From Methanococcus maripaludis (lineage in GTDB: Archaea; AGJL01; Methanococci; Methanococcales; Methanococcaceae), in assembly GCF_002945325.1 (NCBI RefSeq), contig NZ_CP026606.1, positions 630,001 through 662,000 of the forward strand: DNA of 32,000 nt, given 5' to 3'. The stretch's first letter is position 1, and the number at the start of each line of letters is the position of its first letter. The notes below the pieces were generated by a model. It was given only the letters and a program-made list of their open reading frames with translations, searched no databases and was not told where the DNA came from. Below, piece by piece: positions 23,657 to 32,000 of the stretch. A program made the position numbers and the translations under genes.

Positions 23657-25030
23657 TTATTTTACCATTGAACCAACAATCACGTTGTCTTTTACGCGGA
23701 GAACTTTTACTTTTACCCTTTTTCCAATCAATTTATTTACGTCTGTTTTACAGTCGATTATTTGAATTACCCGATTTTTTGATGCACCTATAACTTCTCC
23801 ATTAACCCGTCCGTCCATTAAAACGGTTACAGAAATCGTTTCATTTAATTTAAATGGGCATGGCAGTCTTTTCCTGCTGTGACTTCCAAAAAATCCGTGT
23901 AATGGAACTTCTAAATCCACGTTTATTCCTTTTTTGGAATATTCTTTATGATAAACATCCAAAAGATTGTAAAACTTTGGAAAATCCCAAACTCTCATTT
24001 TTGGAATTTTTCTTCCAAATTGGTAAGTTAAACATAATTGTGGACCTACAATCGGATTTTTCTTGTTTGTTATCGGGTTTATCGTGGTTTGAGGAGTTTT
24101 TTGTTCTAATTCAACTGCAAAATCGAGCACTTTTTTAAATTCCTCGTCATTGTAATTTGGAAGTAGAAGTGGTGCAATTAACAGGTGAATTTTTGAATTT
24201 TTTATGTACTCTGCAATTTCCATAATTTTTTCAATATCGTAATTTTTGCTTCCTGAAAGCCCTTTTGAGAATTTCTCATCCATTGCATTGATTGAAAGAT
24301 TAATTCTGTGAAGTCCTGCAACTTCTAAATCATCAATTAGTTTTTCGGTTAAATGAACCCCGTTTGTTTGAATTGAAACTATTCCTTTGTTTTTCGAATT
24401 TATTTCGTTTAAATTTTGAACTAAGTCGGGAAGTGGATAGTATAGTGAAGGCTCCCCCTGTCCATCGAGGTGTGCTTCAAGCTTTGTATATCCTTTAAAC
24501 TCTGCAATTTTTTCGTATTCCGAAACTAAATAATCCATATCAACATAATAGTCGTTTTTTCTAGATTTTGAGTGAATTCCTTCATCAACAGAACAGAACG
24601 GGCAGCTTATATTACACCCGCTAAGCCCCCTTACTTGAATTACATTTGTTCCCCTATCAATCAGCCCAAATGCAGTATGTCCGATTAAAGGCGTTGGTTC
24701 TGTGATATAGTAAGTTCTCCGGTTTGTAGTTTTATTTAAAAGTCCTTCTGAAATGCTCTGAGACATTTTATTCAATATTCCTGTTTTCAATGAACCGGTA
24801 AGCACTGTTGCAGATTTAGAATTATCATTTACAAAATCTTTGAAAGTTAAAATTCCGTTTTCAAGTGATACGTCGTAATCCATCAAAACGCTTACTTCGT
24901 AATTTTGGTTTATTTCAAGAACAAGTGTATTTTCGTCTAATATTGAATCGGTAATCATTCTAAATTGATTTAAATCAAAAATCCAACACTTTTCGCATTC
25001 CTTATTATTGTTATTTGCATTTCTCGTCAC
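23657..25030 (-). CDS. Radical SAM protein with a C-terminal OB/TRAM-like domain (457 aa)
   Basis: CNISCPFC (CxxxCxxC) cluster motif. GTG start with GGTG upstream. Confidence 0.85.
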   Translation of the reverse strand: MTRNANNNNKECEKCWIFDLNQFRMITDSILDENTLVLEINQNYEVSVLMDYDVSLENGILTFKDFVNDNSKSATVLTGSLKTGILNKMSQSISEGLLNKTTNRRTYYITEPTPLIGHTAFGLIDRGTNVIQVRGLSGCNISCPFCSVDEGIHSKSRKNDYYVDMDYLVSEYEKIAEFKGYTKLEAHLDGQGEPSLYYPLPDLVQNLNEINSKNKGIVSIQTNGVHLTEKLIDDLEVAGLHRINLSINAMDEKFSKGLSGSKNYDIEKIMEIAEYIKNSKIHLLIAPLLLPNYNDEEFKKVLDFAVELEQKTPQTTINPITNKKNPIVGPQLCLTYQFGRKIPKMRVWDFPKFYNLLDVYHKEYSKKGINVDLEVPLHGFFGSHSRKRLPCPFKLNETISVTVLMDGRVNGEVIGASKNRVIQIIDCKTDVNKLIGKRVKVKVLRVKDNVIVGSMVK

Positions 25031-25114
25031 ATTTACACCGGAGATTTTTAAATATGTAAAAGTAGTAAGTATCCATATAATATAACTATATTTGATTAGT
25101 TAAAAAGTGATTTT

Positions 25115-25645
25115 ATGATAAAAATACTCGATGCTTCAGCATTTATACATGGATACAATCCATCAATTGAAGAAGGAGAGCACTACACTACAAACGGAAT
25201 TGTTTCAGAAGTCGTTTCAAAAGAGGATATTGTAAAATTGGCAATTGAATACGGAAAATTAAAAATACTCGATCCAAAACCCGAAACGATTGAAAAAGTA
25301 GTCAAAACTTCAATAGAAACTGGCGACACCATTTCAAACAATGATATCGAAATACTTGCGCTTGCAATCGACCTTGGCGGAATTTTGTATACTGACGATT
25401 ACGGCCTTCAGAATGTTTCAAAAAAATTAAAAATTGTTTACGAAAATATCGTTTCAGCTGGTTCAAAAGATGATTTCATCTGGAAAAAAATCTGTAAAGG
25501 CTGTAAAAAGATGTATCCGATAAATTACCTTGATGATGAATGCGAAGTCTGCGGAAGCCCGCTTTATCGAAAAATGGTAAAAAATAGACTTAAAAAAGGT
25601 AAGAATTTTTATGATAAAAAGAAAAAGCCAAAAAAATTATTTTAA
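25115..25645 (+). CDS. nob1: Nob1-like endonuclease (PIN domain plus Zn-ribbon, 176 aa)
   Basis: N-terminal ILDASAFI PIN start. TDDYGLQN. CKGCKK...CEVCGSPL zinc ribbon. Basic tail. Confidence 0.7.
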   Translation: MIKILDASAFIHGYNPSIEEGEHYTTNGIVSEVVSKEDIVKLAIEYGKLKILDPKPETIEKVVKTSIETGDTISNNDIEILALAIDLGGILYTDDYGLQNVSKKLKIVYENIVSAGSKDDFIWKKICKGCKKMYPINYLDDECEVCGSPLYRKMVKNRLKKGKNFYDKKKKPKKLF

Positions 25646-25683
25646 TTATATAATAATTTTATTTTTTTAATTTAAAATTGACA

Positions 25684-25932
25684 TTAAATTTTCAATTTTT
25701 CTTCGACTTTTTCTGCAGCTTCACTTACTTCTTCGGGAACTTCTATGATGTTTTCAGGAATTTCTTCTGCTTTTTTTTCAGGGTTTATGCTTCTGAAACT
25801 GATTCCAAGTTCCCCATTTATGTCCATCGAACCAATTTTAAAGTTAATAACTTTTATATTCTGTTTTAAGTCCACGCGAAGTATTACTTCTTTGTCACTT
25901 AATGAATTAATTATTTTTTCGAAGTCGTCCAT
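25684..25932 (-). CDS. Small acidic hypothetical protein (82 aa)
   Basis: GGAGGGG SD upstream of the ATG. The overlapping plus-strand ORFs are low-complexity and lack an RBS. Confidence 0.6.
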   Translation of the reverse strand: MDDFEKIINSLSDKEVILRVDLKQNIKVINFKIGSMDINGELGISFRSINPEKKAEEIPENIIEVPEEVSEAAEKVEEKLKI

Positions 25933-26135
25933 AAAATTCCCCTCCGTTTGAATAAATTAAATCTCTTTTACGCTCTTATATCTGTATTTGGCATTATTTA
26001 TACCTTTATTTTTTACCACCATAATTCTGTAATTACACTTATTAATACGGGTAATAAAGATTTCAAATAGCAATTAATATATGCCCCTGAATTCAAAGGT
26101 AATACGGAAAGGAAATAATATCTTTCGGTGATATA

Positions 26136-26969
26136 ATGGTTGTAAAAATAGGTATTTTAAAATGTGGAAACATAGGAATGTCCCCTGTAGTTGATCTTTG
26201 CTTAGACGAAAGAGCTGACAGAAACGACATTGATGTTAGAGTTTTAGGTAGCGGAGCTAAAATGGGCCCTGAACAAGTAGAAGAAGTTGCTAAAAAAATG
26301 GTTGAAGAAATAAAACCAGACTTCATTGTATACATTGGTCCAAATCCTGCTGCACCAGGTCCAAAAAAAGCTAGAGAAATCTTAAGCGCTGGCGGAATCC
26401 CTGCAGTTATCATTGGTGACGCACCAGGTATCAAAGACAAAGACGCTATGGCAGAAGAAGGACTCGGATACGTTTTAATCAAATGCGACCCTATGATCGG
26501 TGCTAGAAGACAGTTCTTAGACCCTGTTGAAATGGCAATGTTCAATGCTGATGTAATCAGAGTTTTAGCTGGAACCGGTGCTTTAAGAGTTGTACAAAAC
26601 GCTATTGATGATATGGTATTTGCAGTTGAAGAAGGAAAAGAAATACCATTACCAAAAATCGTAATCACCGAACAAAAAGCAGTTGAAGCAATGGACTTTG
26701 CAAACCCATACGCAAAAGCAAAAGCTATGGCTGCATTTGTAATGGCTGAAAAAGTAGCAGATATTGATGTTAAAGGATGTTTCATGACCAAAGAAATGGA
26801 AAAATACATCCCAATCGTTGCATCCGCACACGAAACAATAAGATACGCTGCAAAATTAGTTGACGAAGCTAGAGAGTTAGAAAAAGCAACAGACGCTGTT
26901 TCAAGAAAACCTCACGCAGGCGACGGAAAAATCTTAAACAAATGTAAATTAATGACAAAACCAGAATAA
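26136..26969 (+). CDS. mtd: F420-dependent methylenetetrahydromethanopterin dehydrogenase
   Basis: Full-length 277-aa protein recognised as Mtd (MVVKIGILKCGNIG...DFIVYIGPNPAAPGP...). GGTGA RBS. Confidence 0.93.
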   Translation: MVVKIGILKCGNIGMSPVVDLCLDERADRNDIDVRVLGSGAKMGPEQVEEVAKKMVEEIKPDFIVYIGPNPAAPGPKKAREILSAGGIPAVIIGDAPGIKDKDAMAEEGLGYVLIKCDPMIGARRQFLDPVEMAMFNADVIRVLAGTGALRVVQNAIDDMVFAVEEGKEIPLPKIVITEQKAVEAMDFANPYAKAKAMAAFVMAEKVADIDVKGCFMTKEMEKYIPIVASAHETIRYAAKLVDEARELEKATDAVSRKPHAGDGKILNKCKLMTKPE

Positions 26970-27049
26970 ATTTACATTTAAATTAAAAAATTTACCAAAC
27001 CATTTCTCTTTTTTTGATTTTTAAAAAAATTTTAGATGTTTTATAGATA

Positions 27050-27679
27050 TTATTTTTGTTCGCTGTAAAATTTTGGAAGGCTCCATTTACACAGCATTGC
27101 AACAATTCTAATCATTAAAACAACGATGCTGCAAATAACTGCACTCGTCTCAAGACTTAAGTTTGATAAAATAGCCAAATAAAATGCAATTGCTCCAATT
27201 ATCGAACAGCTTGCGTAAAAGTCTTCGGTTAATGCAGAAGGTGTTTTTTGTAACAATATATCGCTTATAATTCCACCACCAACTCCCGTTAACGTTGCAA
27301 GTATAATTATTCCAAAAAATGATACATCAAAGTTATATGCAATCATTGCACCTGTTGTTGTAAATGCAGAAAGGCCAACTGCATCGGGAACTTGTATGAT
27401 ATATTTGTTGCTTACATCCTCATTAAAAACCTTAAAAATTACTATTGCAAACCATACTCCAATTAATGCAACACCCATATCGTTTGGAGATCTTAATGCA
27501 TAGGGAATTGTATTTACAAGTAAATCCCTTGTAATTCCCCCGCCAAGTGCAGTCATAATTCCAAGAACTATTATTCCAAGTAAATCTAAGCCTTTTTTAA
27601 TTCCTTTTAATGCGCCAACTACTGCAAATGCTAAAAGACCGATTATATTCATTATAAAAAATATGTTTTCTGTAATCAT
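27050..27679 (-). CDS. UPF0126/TRIC-type membrane channel (209 aa from ATG 27679)
   Basis: Two internal repeats carrying LGGGITRDLL and VGGGIISDILL. Seven hydrophobic helices. Confidence 0.8.
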   Translation of the reverse strand: MITENIFFIMNIIGLLAFAVVGALKGIKKGLDLLGIIVLGIMTALGGGITRDLLVNTIPYALRSPNDMGVALIGVWFAIVIFKVFNEDVSNKYIIQVPDAVGLSAFTTTGAMIAYNFDVSFFGIIILATLTGVGGGIISDILLQKTPSALTEDFYASCSIIGAIAFYLAILSNLSLETSAVICSIVVLMIRIVAMLCKWSLPKFYSEQK

Positions 27680-27878
27680 GTTTTTTCCACGTGTTTTAAA
27701 TGATAAATACACTCAAAGCATTGCAGTTATATATTTTTAATGCCCGTATACCTGTAACATATAATATACTTGATAAATTTATAATTATAATGATTTTAAA
27801 TAGTATTAAACTTAAAAAATGATGAAAAATAATATTCAAAGATTTGCGAAGTATTATAATTATTACTCGGGTGTAAAA

Positions 27879-28619
27879 ATGATTTTAAGTATTGATATAG
27901 GTTCAACTACAACAAAATTTGTACTGATGGAAAATAATGAAATAATAGATTATAAAATAAAAGATTTGGGCGTAGTAATCGAGGAAAGTGACGTTTTAAA
28001 AATGGTTGAAGAATTTAAAAAAGGAAGAAATATCGAAAAAACTGTTGCGACAGGTTACGGAAGGCATAAAATATCTTTTGCAGATAAGGTTGTTCCAGAA
28101 GTAATTGCCCTTGGAAAAGGTGCAAACTATTTTTTTAAAGATGCTGATGGATTAATTGATATTGGAGGACAGGACAGCAAAGTTTTAAAACTAAAAGATG
28201 GACAGGTCGTCGATTTTATTCTATCGGACAAGTGTGCTGCTGGAACTGGAAAATTTTTAGAAAAATGCATAGATATTTTAAATTTAGATAAAGAATTAAA
28301 TGAATATTCCTCTACCAATTATGCAAAAATATCCTCCATGTGCGCTGTTTTTGCGGAAAGTGAGATAATATCCCTCCTTTCTAAAAAAATACCCAAAGAA
28401 GAAATTATAATGGGAATATATGACAGTATATCAAATAGAATCGTTCCAATGGTTAAAAGAATGAAGCTTGAAAATATTGTATTTAGTGGAGGGGTTGCTA
28501 AAAACAAAATTTTAATTCAAGTACTTGAAAAACACCTTGGAAAAACACTGTTAATTCCGGAAGAACCGCAAATTGTTTGCGCAGTTGGAGCCTGTATTAT
28601 GGCTTTGGAAAAACCTTAA
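27879..28619 (+). CDS. BadF/BadG/BcrA/BcrD-type ATPase (HgdC-like activase of 2-hydroxyacyl-CoA dehydratase-family enzymes)
   Basis: ILSIDIGSTTTKF, IGGQDSKV, SDKCAAGTGKFLE and SGGVAKN motifs. GGGTG RBS before ATG 27879. Confidence 0.85.
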   Translation: MILSIDIGSTTTKFVLMENNEIIDYKIKDLGVVIEESDVLKMVEEFKKGRNIEKTVATGYGRHKISFADKVVPEVIALGKGANYFFKDADGLIDIGGQDSKVLKLKDGQVVDFILSDKCAAGTGKFLEKCIDILNLDKELNEYSSTNYAKISSMCAVFAESEIISLLSKKIPKEEIIMGIYDSISNRIVPMVKRMKLENIVFSGGVAKNKILIQVLEKHLGKTLLIPEEPQIVCAVGACIMALEKP

Positions 28620-28746
28620 ATTTCATTGTTTTTTTAATTTTTTAGTATATTTTTATTTTTCAAATTGCATGTTTATCATTTTTAATAACCATATGAATAT
28701 ATACCAGAATCTATAATGATTAATCATGATAGATTGAGGTAAAACC

Positions 28747-29340
28747 ATGCAAGAAAAGTACACGACAATATTTGATACAAGTGCAAATCCTGCCCCACTT
28801 GGACTCATGGGTTTTGGAATGACGACCGTGTTGTTAAATTTACACAATATTGGGTTATTTGAACTTAGCTCGATGATTCTTGCAATGGGAATATGTTACG
28901 GAGGATTAGCACAGGTAATCGTCGGAATAATGGAATGGAAAAAAGGAAATACGTTTGGAACATTAGCATTTACATCATATGGGCTATTCTGGCTCAGTCT
29001 TGTCGTAATTTTAACGTTACCAAAATTAGGACTTGGAAATGCACCTTCACCCCTTGAAATGGCATTTTATTTAGGTTTATGGGGACTATTCACATTAGGA
29101 ATGTTTTTTGGAACATTCAAAACAAACAGGGCCCTTCAATTTGTATTTGGAACCCTTACAATATTATTCTTATTACTTGCAACAGGAGATATTACTGGAA
29201 ATTTAACAGTAACTCGTGTTGCAGGACTGGTAGGAATAATCTGCGGATCTTCTGCAATCTATACTGGATTTGCAGAAGTTTTAAATGAAACATATCAAAA
29301 AACAGTGCTCCCAATATTCCCTGTAACTAAAAAACCTTAA
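28747..29340 (+). CDS. GPR1/FUN34/YaaH (SatP/AceP-type) acetate/succinate channel
   Basis: Family signature [14 protein letters not shown] and six hydrophobic helices. Confidence 0.85.
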   Translation: MQEKYTTIFDTSANPAPLGLMGFGMTTVLLNLHNIGLFELSSMILAMGICYGGLAQVIVGIMEWKKGNTFGTLAFTSYGLFWLSLVVILTLPKLGLGNAPSPLEMAFYLGLWGLFTLGMFFGTFKTNRALQFVFGTLTILFLLLATGDITGNLTVTRVAGLVGIICGSSAIYTGFAEVLNETYQKTVLPIFPVTKKP

Positions 29341-29429
29341 CTTTCATTGTTCTTTTTCGATTAGCTTAATTATATATAAGCGATTTTAAAAAATTAATAT
29401 TGTGCATTCAAATATTTGGGGGAATATCT

Positions 29430-29744
29430 ATGAATGGGGAATTATTTCTAATCTTAATTATAAGTCAACTTGTTTTATGGATTTTTGTAACTAAAATAAG
29501 ACTTGGAAAATCTGTTTCTTTTGTTTTTGGATCTATTTTGATAATTTTAGCATATTACCGACTATTATTTATGGATCCAGATATAGAGCTGGTTTGTTCA
29601 GCAAACAATTTTGGAATTATTAAAAATGGAATTATTAACTGTAGTTTATCTTCAAAAGAATTATTTCTTGTTGCAATTGTCCCTTGGGTTGGGTATCTAT
29701 GCAATGCATATATTCTAAAGGTAAAACAGTTCACTAAATTTTAA
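29430..29744 (+). CDS. Small membrane protein (104 aa)
   Basis: GGGGGA RBS before ATG 29430. Three hydrophobic helices. Confidence 0.45.
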   Translation: MNGELFLILIISQLVLWIFVTKIRLGKSVSFVFGSILIILAYYRLLFMDPDIELVCSANNFGIIKNGIINCSLSSKELFLVAIVPWVGYLCNAYILKVKQFTKF

Positions 29745-29957
29745 ATTTTTAACTTTTTTGAATTATTTTTTGGATTTTTTCGTTTTTTAAGTTTTTATCG
29801 AGGTACTATCGTTATTTTTAATCTTTCTAATCGTATATTTGCCATTAACTAATTTAATAGATACGTTTATATTTTATAAATAAAAGCTTATAGATAAGGT
29901 AAACCTTGGCTAAATGCCGTATCATTAATAAATCTAATAACTAACTTTCAATTAAAA

Positions 29958-31091
29958 ATGGTGAAAATAATGGAAGAACTAAAATCCATAAAAAAAATTA
30001 GCGAAGCATTCGCAGGCAGAAAAAATGAATTATACGGCCAAAAAGATGAAGGAAGAAAAGTATTTGGATTATTTTGTACATTTGTTCCAACAGAATTAAT
30101 TTTAGCAGCTAATGCAGTTCCTGTAGGGCTTTGCGGTGGAAAAGAAAGTACAATACCATCAGCAGAAGAAATTTTACCAAGAAATATCTGTCCTTTGATA
30201 AAATCATCATTTGGATTTAAAAAAGACAAAGCTTGCCCGTACATTGAAGCATCTGACGTGATAATTGGAGAAACTACGTGCGATGGAAAGAAAAAAATGT
30301 TTGAACACCTCGCTGAAATGACCAAACTCCACATAATGCAGTTACCACACTTTAGAGACGACAGATCTGCAAAACTGTGGCTTGCTGAAGTTGAAGAGTT
30401 GAAAAAATTAATTGAAGAAGAAACCGGAAACGAAATTACTGAAGAAAAATTAAAAGAAGCTATCGATAAAGTGAACAATGTAAGAAAGCTTTTTTACAAA
30501 ATTTACGAATTAAGAGCAAACAATCCATCCCCGATAAATGGAAAAGATTCTTTAAAATTATTCCAACTTTCATATCTGTTAGACATAAACACTATCGAAT
30601 CAGTTCTTGAAGATTTAGTTGAAGAACTTGAAGAAAGAGTTAAAAAAGGCGAAGGATATTCCGGAAAAAGAATTTTAATTGCAGGTTGTCCAATGGTTGC
30701 AGGAAACACGAAAATCCCTGAACTCATTGAAGATACAGGTGCAGTAGTTGTTGGAGAAGAAAGCTGTACTGGAACAAGACAGTATGAAAACTACGTTGAA
30801 GGATACACGATTGAAAAATTAGCTGACAGGTACTTTAAAATCCCTTGTGCATGCAAATTCAGCAACGAAGAAAGAATTGAAAGAATTAAAGAACTTGTAA
30901 AAGAACAGAACGCTGACGGTGTTGTATACTACACCCTCCAGTACTGCCACACATTTAACGTGGAAGGTGCTTTAATTGAAAAAGAACTCAAAAAAGCAGG
31001 AATTCCAATCATTAGAGTAGAAACTGACTACTCAGAAAGCGATAAAGAACAGTTAAAAACAAGAATTGAAGCATTTGTTGAAATGATTTAA
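29958..31091 (+). CDS. 2-hydroxyacyl-CoA dehydratase family protein (HgdB/BcrC/BadD-like, 377 aa)
   Basis: Conserved Cys contexts ([23 protein letters not shown]) typical of the HGD-D family. Alternative start at 29970. Confidence 0.75.
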   Translation: MVKIMEELKSIKKISEAFAGRKNELYGQKDEGRKVFGLFCTFVPTELILAANAVPVGLCGGKESTIPSAEEILPRNICPLIKSSFGFKKDKACPYIEASDVIIGETTCDGKKKMFEHLAEMTKLHIMQLPHFRDDRSAKLWLAEVEELKKLIEEETGNEITEEKLKEAIDKVNNVRKLFYKIYELRANNPSPINGKDSLKLFQLSYLLDINTIESVLEDLVEELEERVKKGEGYSGKRILIAGCPMVAGNTKIPELIEDTGAVVVGEESCTGTRQYENYVEGYTIEKLADRYFKIPCACKFSNEERIERIKELVKEQNADGVVYYTLQYCHTFNVEGALIEKELKKAGIPIIRVETDYSESDKEQLKTRIEAFVEMI

Positions 31092-31133
31092 TGATTTAAA
31101 AATTATTTTTTTCTTAATTTTTCAGGTGGTATT

Positions 31134-31961
31134 TTGAACTTTCAAAAAATAGCGCTGTTTTTGGTATTGTTACTTTCAATATCCTGTTTCAGCGGCTGTA
31201 TGGATAATTCTGGCGAAGTTTCAGAGCCAGTTACAATTAAAATGGCAGGTGGAACTGCATTAATACCAATAATCGAAGATATTTCAAAAGAATATATGTT
31301 AGAAAATAATAATGTCCAGATAGAAGTTACAGGTGGCGGTTCTGGTTTTGGAGTTAAAGAAACTGGTGAGGGCCATTTAACAATTGGAATGGCAGGAAGA
31401 AACTTAAAATCTGAAGAAAAAGAACTTTATAATGATATTACTGTTTATAAAATTGGTCTTGATGGAATTGCAATAATTACAAGCAATGAAAATAATATTT
31501 CGGATTTAACTACTGAACAGGTACAAAAAATTTATTCTGGTGAAATTACTAACTGGAAAAATGTTGGTGGAAGTGACCATACTATAAATGTATACACCAG
31601 AGAAGAAGATAGCGGTACAAGAGATACTTTCTGGAAAGAAGGACTTTTGAAAAGCAATATCTCTAAAAAAGCACTGATGGTCGCATCGAATGGAGAAATG
31701 AAATCAAAAGTTTCTTTAGATGAAAACGGAATAGGATACGTTTCAATAGGATACGTTGATGAGTCGATCAATACTGTAAAATTCAATGGAATAGATCCCA
31801 CTCAAGAAAATGTTAAAGAAGGGCTTTATACCATATATCGGCCTTTAAATTTGCTTACAAAAGGGGAACCTGACGAAAATGTTAAAAAATTCATCGAATA
31901 TGTTTTAAGTGAAAAAGGTCAAGAAATCGTGAAAAACGATGGATTTTTACCAGTAAATTAA
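31134..31961 (+). CDS. pstS: Phosphate ABC transporter substrate-binding protein
   Basis: Lipobox-like LSISCFSGC. GGGSGFG. IYSGEITNWKNVGG. REEDSGTRDTF. TTG start after AGGTGG. Confidence 0.85.
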   Translation: MNFQKIALFLVLLLSISCFSGCMDNSGEVSEPVTIKMAGGTALIPIIEDISKEYMLENNNVQIEVTGGGSGFGVKETGEGHLTIGMAGRNLKSEEKELYNDITVYKIGLDGIAIITSNENNISDLTTEQVQKIYSGEITNWKNVGGSDHTINVYTREEDSGTRDTFWKEGLLKSNISKKALMVASNGEMKSKVSLDENGIGYVSIGYVDESINTVKFNGIDPTQENVKEGLYTIYRPLNLLTKGEPDENVKKFIEYVLSEKGQEIVKNDGFLPVN

Positions 31962-32000
31962 AATTTACCTTTTTATTTTTCTATTTTTTTAGTAGTAATT

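Noticed and set aside
1964-26406. Avoidance of CTGCAG (PstI) sites as support for the R-M specificity
   Set aside because: At least five CTGCAG sites were found by eye, one of them inside the methyltransferase gene itself. That is not fewer than expected for this base composition, so there is no avoidance signal. Specificity must be tested experimentally.
26093-26809. 238-aa minus-strand ORF (and 26649-26831) antisense to mtd
   Set aside because: Low-complexity Ala/Ser/Ile composition typical of the antisense frame of a highly expressed gene. Mtd on the plus strand is unambiguous.
28127-28507. Two minus-strand ORFs (63 and 62 aa) inside the activase gene; also 15764-15997, 22787-23020, 23281-23502, 23854-24138, 12745-12984, 6425-6691, 10963-11166, 17948-18136, 18845-19258, 29079-29288 and 31532-31801
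   Set aside because: All are short antisense or out-of-frame ORFs nested in longer ORFs that have motifs, an RBS or operon logic. AT-rich genomes generate many such frames.
29948-30478. 176-aa minus-strand ORF antisense to the HgdB-like gene (also 30503-30727)
   Set aside because: Ser/Phe-rich low-complexity sequence with no RBS. The plus-strand gene has clear family motifs.

Overview
AT-rich archaeal sequence of Methanococcus type. The right third (about 23.6-32 kb) carries ordinary chromosomal genes: a radical-SAM protein, a Nob1-like PIN/Zn-ribbon nuclease, F420-dependent methylene-H4MPT dehydrogenase (Mtd), a UPF0126/TRIC-like channel, an HgdC-like activase, a SatP/YaaH-type acetate channel, an HgdB-like dehydratase homologue and PstS. 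Everything left of about 23.5 kb looks like an integrated virus- or plasmid-like element whose left end lies outside the window. It has five parts. (1) A 13.5-kb, nearly gap-free leftward gene train (13.49 kb down to 1). It runs from small 'early' genes, through a 458-aa Zn-ribbon protein, a P-loop NTPase and a polytopic membrane protein, to four small membrane proteins and four signal-peptide-bearing surface proteins. One of these is an ORF that runs off the left edge and is missing from the ORF track. No capsid, portal or terminase gene is recognisable. (2) A divergent control region at 13.49-13.70 kb with a 10-bp-arm inverted repeat and the palindrome TGGATATCCA, which recurs at a second promoter at 16.58 kb. 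(3) An 8-kb cargo or defence island containing a wHTH regulator plus a 442-aa protein with a C-terminal HEPN motif (RNNFIH), a 33-aa basic peptide plus a 93-aa protein, a small PD-(D/E)xK nuclease-like protein plus a membrane-anchored protein, a 4-TM protein plus a 340-aa protein (Kiwa-like two-gene architecture) and a PstI-type R-M pair. (4) A tyrosine integrase and an RHH-like gene at the right end, co-directional with the R-M genes. (5) A C/D-box-like double-K-turn sRNA candidate at the element/chromosome junction. Other structure: a 248-bp diverged direct duplication, a 36-nt direct repeat bracketing a 2.08-kb cassette, and a 60-nt-period repeat in a Thr/Asn-rich stalk. All family assignments are by eye from motifs and architecture; no database search was possible.
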